Shown: positions 12,605 through 21,500 of the stretch, piece by piece
Numbering within the stretch: the stretch's first letter is position 1
How the letters are laid out: each line of letters opens with the position of its first letter
Assembly: GCA_009859145.1 (NCBI GenBank)
Contig: VRVR01000005.1
Span: forward strand, 88,745 to 152,744
Origin: Andalucia godoyi And28
Taxonomy: Eukaryota; Protista; Jakobida
Length of the DNA: 64,000 nucleotides
Direction: 5' to 3'
Made by a program: the position numbers and the translations under genes
The notes under the pieces: model-generated
Database searches by the model: none
Told to the model about the DNA's origin: nothing
Seen by the model: only the letters and a program-made list of their open reading frames with translations

Positions 12605-13505
12605 GACTTCTCTTCTCCCCATGATCTGCCCTGAGTGGTCGGGTATGTATAGTTTTTCCCCGAAGTTTGACGTGCCTCATTCTTTTTCCCCGGCAATTAT
12701 AAAATTTGTATAGTACGCACCATACGAGCATAATATGGGTGGAGAACAACAGTCCGTCGACGACTCGTGGACAGACTGTGTATGGACATGATTCGCTGGG
12801 ACGAAGAGTTCCCATCCAGTTTGCATCCAGCCTATTTTTTCTTCTGTGCTCTGGACTCGGAACTCCCGCGTTCGTCCCTCTACCTCAGAGTGCAACCGGC
12901 GATGAGCACCTTCCATTGCAGCGCAGCGCGCTCTGCCGGGATCATAAGAATTAATCAGCACGAAAATCCTGCCAAAGGGGACCGGGCCTCTATAGCAAAA
13001 TGACCCACGGTCCATGACATCCCATATATTTGTATTTGTACCACAGCGGTGGTCTGAATGAGGACGCGTGGTGGTGTTTTGTCCACGGACCACGCTGCCT
13101 CCGCCGACGGTCTGCAACCAACTGCATCGTCAATGGAACGAGTTTGCCGACAGTACCAGGTGTGATCTTCCGCAGCAGCTCATATGCAGTGGCCGTACCT
13201 CCTTCAAGAGGAATACGCAAATTCGTATTCTGAGGTCGCGGTGGCAGCCATTCCAGTTCTTTCTTCCAAGCGCCCAGCTGTCTTTCTCTTGTTCCCCCCT
13301 CCCCTTTTCCACGTGACGTGACTGCTGTACGCTGTTTCAACAAACCTCATGCAGGGAAACTTGAGACTAGTTCTTTCTTCACTACAGTACACAGGAGGAA
13401 CAACGACTCGCGAAAAGATGCTGGCAACGAACGGGACTGTTCAAAGTGTAGGCCGTGTGTATGCAAATTTGTTGACTGCTTCGTCATTCATTGTAGACTG
13501 GGACG

Positions 13506-14153
13506 ATGAGCGAGTCTCTGACGAGCCGTTTGAACCATCTGTGGTCTCTTGGGTTCGCGACGGCGCTGGAAACACCCGGTTTATCGCGGTACTACATGAC
13601 CCAGTTTCGGCACTTGGCAACACTGCACGGCGTGTCGATCAAAGACCAAACATGGTCTCAGGCTTGTTTCGCTTGCGGAACAGTCTATCTGCACGGATCA
13701 AACTGTTCCGTCAAACATCTTCCTGCAATTCGAAAGTCCCACCTTCATCATCATCTGACGCTCCGTATGCGAATCAAGTGCAGTGTGTGCGGCTTCAAAA
13801 AAGTCCATTCTGTCCGATTGGACCTTCCTAAGCCTGCAAATGCCGGTTCTGCAATGGATGCTAAGATTCCAAAACAAAGAAACCACGCAGCAACCATCAC
13901 TAAACCCAGACCGTCCCCGTCGTCTGGACCGTCGTTGTTTATCTTGGATAAGAATAAGCCGAGGGCCCAACTGCTGGCGAATGATGCCGAACAACCACAG
14001 CAGCCACAACCACTGCAGCCACAACCACTGCAGCCGCAGAAGAAGACAGGAGAGCATGACAAGACTTGCAAAAAGGACAAGAAGTCGACGAGCAGCGGGA
14101 ATGCTGGAGGGAAGCTCGGCAACTACCTTGCCTCTCTCGGCATCAAGATGTAA
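13506..14153 (+). CDS. RNase P/MRP zinc-ribbon subunit of the Rpr2/Rpp21/Snm1 family, probably the MRP type
   Basis: RLNHLW...LSRYY...CFACGTVYLHGSNCSV...IKCSVCG (two CxxC pairs), then a basic low-complexity tail ending LGNYLASL. Confidence 0.75.
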   Translation: MSESLTSRLNHLWSLGFATALETPGLSRYYMTQFRHLATLHGVSIKDQTWSQACFACGTVYLHGSNCSVKHLPAIRKSHLHHHLTLRMRIKCSVCGFKKVHSVRLDLPKPANAGSAMDAKIPKQRNHAATITKPRPSPSSGPSLFILDKNKPRAQLLANDAEQPQQPQPLQPQPLQPQKKTGEHDKTCKKDKKSTSSGNAGGKLGNYLASLGIKM

Positions 14154-14273
14154 TTTTGTATATTTTACAGAATATAAAGTTGATGATTTTTTAATTGTTC
14201 ATTCACACTTCATCAAGAAGATAACTTAATTACACACTGTCCTTCTGTCCGCACCGCGTTTGCTGAACCTCTG

Positions 14274-14645
14274 TTATCGACTAATGAACTTTGAGATAGA
14301 CGAACCTGATCGCTTGACGACGGTTTTCCGAAGCGCCTGCGTGACGCGGTGTTTCTTTGCCTTTGCTCTCATTTTTGAGCTGACACGGAGAATCGCAGTC
14401 GTCGCTTCCGGTACCGTGACTTTCGAAGACCGGGTCGTCTCCGATTCTTGACCCATGCTAGAGTCGTCGTCCGCTGCACAGGCTTCGGCGCGCGCAGCAG
14501 CCATACGAGCCTCCGTGGCTGCAATGTGCGCTTGCAGCTTCGCGGACAGCTCTTGGGTCCGCGGGTTCTCCACGGTCTCCTTTACAATCGACGACTGAAT
14601 CGAATGGTTCTTCTTTATACTCGACGATCGAATAGACTTTCCCAT
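14274..14645 (-). CDS. Small basic protein, DUF2423/LLPH-like
   Basis: The ATG at 14645 gives MGKSIRSSSIKKNHS...RTQELSAKLQAH, resembling the M[AG]KxxRSx..K..N...R.E.LSAKL N-terminus of this family. Basic C-terminus. Confidence 0.55.
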   Translation of the reverse strand: MGKSIRSSSIKKNHSIQSSIVKETVENPRTQELSAKLQAHIAATEARMAAARAEACAADDDSSMGQESETTRSSKVTVPEATTAILRVSSKMRAKAKKHRVTQALRKTVVKRSGSSISKFISR

Positions 14646-14656
14646 CTCGTTATTCC

Positions 14657-14752
14657 TACTCCTACTCTTCCGAATACTCCTACTCTTCCGACTACTCCTA
14701 CTCTTCCGAATACTCCTACTCTTCCGAATACTCCTACTCTTCCGACTACTAC
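14657..14752. repeat. 18-bp tandem repeat, 5 copies plus a partial copy
   Basis: Unit TACTCCTACTCTTCCGA[A/C]; copies start at 14657, 14675, 14693, 14711 and 14729, with final base A, C, A, A, C. Confidence 0.95.
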
Positions 14753-15113
14753 AATAACTTTTCCATAACAATCTCGGTTTTTCAAAAGCAAGAAAAAGGT
14801 TTTTTTCGCTCATCATCATTTGGGGTCTGCAGAGAACGTGCTTGATGCTTATCGCTTGATACTATAGTCGAATCTCTTTCTGTTTCAGCAACTCAAGAAT
14901 TTCCCTCGATGCAGGTTTTCTTTCTGCTTTCTTCTATCTGGGTTTTTAACTCTCCCTTTCTGCCATCGTCGTGAAGGCGCGAGTGGCTGAGTAGTAGGCC
15001 AGTATATTGTTTTCAAGACATGCCTAGTGCACTGTGAAAATAACAACGAGAAAGAAAGATTTGAAAATAAATAAAAAAGAAAGAAAGAAAGAGAGGGAGA
15101 TATATAGAGAGAG

Positions 15114-17189
15114 ATGGTGGTTCGAGGATTGTTGGAGCATGTTCAGAACAAGGATGAGAGTTCGATGGAACTAATTGACGTAGCGCAATTCGCACCGATT
15201 GGATCGATTGTTGTGGATGCGCCGAGTGTGATTGAATATTTGTGGCCACGCACATTTTCATTGTTTGATGCGTCGTTTGGAGGAAATTACATGGCTTTTG
15301 TCGCTGCGTTCCGATCGTTTGTCGAGCAATTGCAAGCTGCGACACAGGCAACGGAAATCGCGTTCTTCTTCGACTCGGTGCCGGAGGAGTTTCGGTTCGA
15401 TGAGGTGGTCGATCAGTATAAGAGAAGTGTTTCTGTCGCGAACAACGTGCCGAGTACAATATGCTCTCAGAAGTCGATGATCATCAAGGGATCGACAATT
15501 CCCTCGCCGGCGTTGGCGTATTCGGTGGCGCTGTGGATTCTCTCTGCATATCCGTTTGTGAAAGTGTTTCAAAGTCTAGACGGCGAAATCGATGCTGCTG
15601 CGTCCGCATATGCTTTACTCACAGGCTCCTTTGCTGTGATTTCCAACGATTCGGATTTTCTAGTGCACAACGTGCCATTCATGCCGCTGAACTCCATGCT
15701 TTTCCCGTTTCTCAAAAGGTTCTGTTCAAAGGAAGTTGCGGTGCCAGTTCCGTACTTGGCGCAAAACTCGACAGATTGTATCGCGGGACGGTTGTACAAG
15801 CCGAACGCGGCTGCGGGTTCCTTGGGCTTGGATCAGTGGATGCTACCGTACTTTGCATGTTTGATCGGCTGCGATTATGTCAAACGAGAGCACGGACTCG
15901 AGCTGATCGTGAACAAGGTGCAGAATTTAATGGATACCGGATACCAGGTGGGCGCAATTGCAGAGTACCTTCCGTCTTTTACAAAGGAGGCGCTCTCTGG
16001 CGAAAAGCTGGCCCAGAAGTTCCTCTCCGCTTCCAACCTCTCCGAGAGCTTTCGACAAGAATTCATCAAGGCTTATGAGAATGGACTTGCATTTTACACA
16101 CGAACTGGCACTTGGAAACCGGCCATGTTTTCCAGGCACGTGCATGGTCTCACGACTCGGCATATTCTCTTCGTGCCTCCGGTGTTTTCTAAAGGCCCCG
16201 CAGAACGGTTTTCTTCCGAACGCTTCCGATACATTCGGCAAGCGTTGTGTGCACAATGGGATTCGCTGTTTGGCTCGGCCAACATGCCACTTTCCGTTCT
16301 TGAGATTCACCCTTCTCCATCGGGGGTTGGTCAAACAAAGCTCCTGGTGGGCGCTCGAGAGACGGAGTATCGTCCTTTGTATGACCTTTTTATTCAGGAG
16401 CTGCGGGAGCGGAAGGACGTCTCCAGACGAGTAGAGCCTCGATTGGAGCAACTGTTGTTTACGGTGCTGAACCGAGCAGGATCTGCCTCTCACCTGTCTG
16501 CATTGCGTGGAAGCTCGTTATACACGGCTCTTGTTTCAGAGAGCTTGCCAATGACAAGGTTTGTCAGACTTGTCGTGGTCGTGGCGTCGATGTCGATGCT
16601 GCTATCCGTTGAAGAGCTCTTCGCCTTGTCAGTCTACAGCTTTCATCTTGCACGGCTTTCGGTTTCGGTGACAAGCAGGTATGCTGGCGCGTCCATTGAA
16701 CCGAAACAGTGGACAGACGACGAAATTGCAGACATTGATTCTCGCATGTACGAAACATCGTCTGTCTTGCAAAGTGTCTTATGGCATCTTTGTTTGGTGA
16801 ACGAGGCCATGAGTCGTCCTCTCAAGTACGCTCCAGAAGAGCTTTCGAGCGGGCTGGACACCTCTGGTCTCGCGAGAATCCTGGTTCGTCGTCAGCAAGG
16901 CTACGGGTGGTTGGATTTGAATTTGCCAGACATCAGCGTGGATTCTGTTGGCGAGGGTGTTATGTGGCTTCGGCAAGTCGCCAAAGACCTGCGCGAATGT
17001 TGCAGCTTGTCGATTTTTCAGTCGTCTTCGGACGTATTACGAGACATTAACGCAATCGGACGATCGAAGAAACGATCTCGAAAGGACTCGGAAAAGGCAG
17101 CTTCGGCCAGTAAGAAGCCGCGATCTTCGCTACCAGCCTCGGGGAGTGCTGCGAGCACCTCCACCTCCACCTCCACCTCCACTGGGTGA
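15114..17189 (+). CDS. Asteroid/FAM120-like XPG/PIN-domain nuclease
   Basis: MVVRGL, IVVDA, FGGNY..F...F..F, FFFDS, GEID, ISNDSDF and LPYFACLIGCDY match the PIN plus H3TH pattern of the ASTE1/FAM120 group. Confidence 0.8.
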   Translation: MVVRGLLEHVQNKDESSMELIDVAQFAPIGSIVVDAPSVIEYLWPRTFSLFDASFGGNYMAFVAAFRSFVEQLQAATQATEIAFFFDSVPEEFRFDEVVDQYKRSVSVANNVPSTICSQKSMIIKGSTIPSPALAYSVALWILSAYPFVKVFQSLDGEIDAAASAYALLTGSFAVISNDSDFLVHNVPFMPLNSMLFPFLKRFCSKEVAVPVPYLAQNSTDCIAGRLYKPNAAAGSLGLDQWMLPYFACLIGCDYVKREHGLELIVNKVQNLMDTGYQVGAIAEYLPSFTKEALSGEKLAQKFLSASNLSESFRQEFIKAYENGLAFYTRTGTWKPAMFSRHVHGLTTRHILFVPPVFSKGPAERFSSERFRYIRQALCAQWDSLFGSANMPLSVLEIHPSPSGVGQTKLLVGARETEYRPLYDLFIQELRERKDVSRRVEPRLEQLLFTVLNRAGSASHLSALRGSSLYTALVSESLPMTRFVRLVVVVASMSMLLSVEELFALSVYSFHLARLSVSVTSRYAGASIEPKQWTDDEIADIDSRMYETSSVLQSVLWHLCLVNEAMSRPLKYAPEELSSGLDTSGLARILVRRQQGYGWLDLNLPDISVDSVGEGVMWLRQVAKDLRECCSLSIFQSSSDVLRDINAIGRSKKRSRKDSEKAASASKKPRSSLPASGSAASTSTSTSTSTG

Positions 17190-17478
17190 TTGGATTGGGC
17201 AGGGGTGCCTCGGGTCGCATTTGCTTGTCATTATCCAGTGTCCTGTAAAAATAACAACTCGTATCCCGTTTGTCGCCGCACGCGCGCGCCATATTTTCCG
17301 TTCACAGAATTACAGAGAGCATTCCAAACGTCAGCAAATCTGTCGGTATCTACCAGATGAAAACGGATGATCACCTTGAAGCGAAAAAGAAGGAGAGAGA
17401 GGGAGAGAGAGAGAGAGAGAAGAACGGATGCAGCATGAGAATGACCAAGCATGAGCAAGCTCGATAACGATTCAGTTT

Positions 17479-17973
17479 CTACAGTTTTGCGCCCTGTTTC
17501 AGCTGGAGTTGTGCAGCTCCATAAACATCATTCAAATCAGCCTTCTTTTCCACTGAGGTCTGTTCTGAGCTTGAGGATGCCTGGTTTGCTGAATGATGCT
17601 GCAGACGACGATTGTGGTCCATTGTAACAAGATAGGACAGGATGAAAGGATCAAGGTTAAGCGCAGGTTCCCATATGCCCTTGTTTGGTCTCGGCAGGAT
17701 ATGGTGGATGATTCTGTGCAGCCGTTCAATGTAAGGAACAAGATGCACAACTTGCTCGTGAGCAGGCAGTCGTTGCAACGATCGAATCAACTCATCGGTC
17801 GTAGTAATGCGCGGTTCTGTTGGGGACGGAGACGGAGACGGAGACTGCGATGCTGACAGCGATAGCGCCAGTGACTGTGTCGGTCGGAGAAATGAAGAAT
17901 CCAAGAGTTCTGCAACTCGAGCATCACTCTCGACGCGATCAGAGTCACTCTGTCCGTTCTCGGTCGGTTGCAT
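17479..17973 (-). CDS. Hypothetical protein, possibly with an unresolved upstream exon
   Basis: ORF from ATG 17973 (MQPTENG). The frame stays open to about 18113, where an acceptor-like CTGAT..TTTGCAG lies. No recognisable family. Confidence 0.4.
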   Translation of the reverse strand: MQPTENGQSDSDRVESDARVAELLDSSFLRPTQSLALSLSASQSPSPSPSPTEPRITTTDELIRSLQRLPAHEQVVHLVPYIERLHRIIHHILPRPNKGIWEPALNLDPFILSYLVTMDHNRRLQHHSANQASSSSEQTSVEKKADLNDVYGAAQLQLKQGAKL

Positions 17974-18538
17974 CCACTCGATTTTTTCCCGACACCCAAC
18001 CGTCACATGGAGAATTTCACCACACAACCTATTTGCTGATGCTGGCTGGTCTTCGTCAAGCTCACCTAGAAGTTTTGAAGACCCCTTAGGCGGTGACGGA
18101 CAGTCTCGATTCCCTGCAAATAGAAATCAGAAAAGGCTCGCGTGCATGCATATGCTTCGATCGTCGATTCTCCAGAAACTGAGGAGGTACTGTTCTACAG
18201 TAGTTGCACAGCGCCAGCACGAACAGTGGACTTGATGCTTGATGGCAGAGGCTTTTTTTATTTTAAATTGCTGTTTTCTTTCCCGATTAAAAAGGTTTTT
18301 TGCAACGTCCTCATAGGAGACTAATCTCCCCGCTTTTTGCGCTACGAGTTTTCCTCATTGCTTCTGTGATTCACGGATTTCACGTATAATATTATTGTTG
18401 CCATTATCGTTATTAGTATCGCTGTCACTATTTGGCTGTCTTTGGTTTTAAAAAACTGTAGTTTTCTGTCTTGTTTCGAATCACCCCGCGGTTTTTTTGT
18501 ATTTTCCGGATTTGGAATCACTTGTACCAAAGACGAAG

Positions 18539-21500
18539 ATGAGTCATCTGTTGGCAATGGAGCAGATTCGACTTGTGGAAGCTGCGTTTCGACAAGATAT
18601 GACGTTTGCAGCGGATCTTGGATCTTGTGTATCTTCCATTGCTCCTCAAGTTACGTCGCTGAGGACGGCTGTGGGAAACAACGATCCGGTGAATGAACAG
18701 ATTGTCCGTGATTTATTGTGCAAATTGAGCATATCTTGCTTTCGAAAACTATTGTTCCCAAATCAGTCGGATCTCTCTTTTGTGGTGGAATCGCGAGGAA
18801 GACTCGATCAGCTGTTCCAGTATTTATGGGATTTGTACATTTCTTCGTCACAGTTGCTTCCGGAACTGGGACGTGCTCTGCAGCCTGTTCTCGACGACAT
18901 GGCGAAATGCGAACAGTGTCCAGAAGTTGTGAACGTCACATTCCATGCTCCTAGTACGGTTTTTAATCTCGAGCAGAACCTAAAGGCGTTTCTGCAGTCT
19001 ATTGAGGCCATGCAACATGTGTTTGCCGATATTCAAGAGAAGAACATGCTACCTGCTGACAACGATGGCAGCGATGCCGACCATCATCATCATCGCCATC
19101 ATGATGTCATCCATGGTGACATGTCTGAGGCAGAGTCTACAGAACTGGAAAGGCTGCGGGAAACGGTTCGTACGCAAGAAGAGGAGTGGAAAAAGATAAT
19201 GAACATCATCGATCGAGTTATCGAATCAACACAATTTCTTGCCCAAGAAGCAAGCCCGGGGCGCAGAGAAAGCCGGGTGCAGACGTTCTTGAGCCGCATG
19301 GATCTTCTCATCGCGCAGCATCCTGGATCCCCGATTGGTGCAAGAGCACGCTCTCCTCACGGGAGACCGCGGTCGGGAAGTTCCAGCTTGGATGAGCTCA
19401 CAATGTGGCCTCAAAAGGAAAAGAAGTTGCAGGAAGAGATCCGCGCGAGGGAAGAGCAAATGGACATGAAGGATTCCTTGATTGAGCAGCTGAACACCGA
19501 CATCGCATTTCTCAAGACGCAGATCGGCAACTTGCAGGATGAGATGCACGGACGAGCGTCGTTGGATCCGGAAGCTGGAGATGTTGAAAGAACGAACGGC
19601 TCCATGGCTTCGCGCTCTCGGGAGTATCAATCCGGATTGCAGAGTTCATCGACGAACAGAAATTCTTCGTCTCTCGGCGGGTTTATCATACCAGATGACG
19701 ACGATCACAATCCAGACAGCGCCCCTGCCATTCGGACCTCGGTTTCGTGTCTGTACTCTAATGCGACAAACGAAGATAGAATCGTAGTCTCCGTTTCGCA
19801 GTCTGCTACACCCAGCGCTCTGCTCCGAGAGGAAGACTATGTTGCGCTCTGCAACAGGGTGCAAGCACTTCAGGCGGAGAATGAACAGCTGCAATCGTCG
19901 TTCGGACTGATTGAGCGCTATGAACGCCAAGTTCAGGTACTGGAATACCAGTCAGGAGACCTTCGGCATCAAGTCGAATCACTGCAGGCAGAGCTTGCGC
20001 TGTACAACAAAGTCTGCGTTGATCAAGCCGTACAAGTTGCAGTCGGTGTGCGCAGTCGCCAAATCCAGACCACGCAAACCATGAAGCTGGAAACCGAAAA
20101 GGACGTCTTAATCTTGAACCTGCAAAACAACCAGAGAGAACCAGCTGATTTTATTGCTGTGAACTTGTTTGCATTTGAATATCTCGATCATTCACTGGAT
20201 ACAATTCGAGTGAGTGTCTCGGATGTTGTGCAGCCCGCAGAGTATCGACGCGAATTGTATTTCAAGAGCCTGGACATCCAAACTCTGGAAGCCCAGTTGT
20301 CGATTCATCAGGAAAACCATGATTCACAACACGTAGCAAGATCGACTTCTCCCTCCGAGCTTGTTGTGGATAGTAAGGCTCTTATTCGCTCGCTGAAGGC
20401 TGAGAATACTTTGCTGTCCAGCCAAGTCGCTTCTCTCAAAGTTTCCATTGTTGCCCACGAGAAGGAAATCCAGGAAGTGACCGAGAAGTACGAGGCGAAG
20501 CTCAAGTTGTACTATGATGCAAGTTCAGACGTGCGGAAGTTTGATCAGCACCTTTCAAAGATGAAGACAGAAGTGGAGGAAGCGGCGTCAGAGAAGATTC
20601 TAGAGTTGCAAAAAGAGTTGTCCGCCGTTGAAGAGCATCATCGAACGGCGTTGGAGAGGGCAGCAGAAAAATTAAATGCGGAATGGAAAGAAAGAATGGA
20701 TGCGGAGCATCGTCTGTGGAGTTCCTTGCATCGGAGTTCTGTCCCGCCTTCTTCAAAGTCTGTCGTCCCTGGAACTGCAGACAGTGTCGCGCTGGGTGTT
20801 GATTACGAAGCTCTTTCGGTATCCAATCTGGAGAACTATACTTTGCAGCAGCGATCTCCTGGCGGCAGACCGCATTCGTCTCCGTATGTTCGCAACCCAA
20901 GACGACCATCGGACCGACCGTCGTCATTTTCAGGATACAGACGCAAGATTCGAAATGCGAATGGAATGGAGGAGGAGGAAGTCGACGATGCGACAAATGT
21001 AGATGGATTGGTGTCTCCTATTGTGGCTCACCCGAACAGTGGTTCCCTTTTGGACGACCGGTCTCTCGCCGTGTCGAATCAGGAGCATTTGAGACCGAGC
21101 ACGACACAGAGTGTATTTGCCGAGGATATGCAACATCGCGTTACTGCAAAAACACTGCTTCACCGAGCATTTGAAGTTCTTGGGAAAATCAAGACTGCTG
21201 TTCAATCTGTCTCCGTTTCCGTGGACGAGAACAAGTCCGTGGACGACAGTATTCGGAAGCAGCGGTTTGTGCTCAAGCAAACTCTGAAGATGCTTGAAGA
21301 TGAACTAGTTGCGGATGCGACGATGTCTGTGACTTTGTCTACACCACTTTCTTTGACTTGCTTGTTTGATATCCTCGCCTTCGACTGCCCGGCGTTTGCT
21401 ACTGCGGTCGGGAAATTGCTCAAGACGGTCACCATATCCCCGGAAGCCTTGTCGTATATTAAGCGACGCGGAGATGCAGTTCCAATCCTAGCGCAGCTTT

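Noticed and set aside
13010-13250. Minus-strand frame from an ATG that continues if TGA codons are read as selenocysteine
   Set aside because: No redox motif context, no recognisable family and no SECIS; likely chance.
12640-13320. Possible RNase MRP or RNase P RNA next to the Rpr2/Snm1-like gene
   Set aside because: No paired P4 consensus (GAAAGUCCCC with GGGGCU) on either strand.
14657-14752. 18-bp repeats as a CRISPR-like array
   Set aside because: Copies are directly adjacent with no spacers, and the context is eukaryotic.
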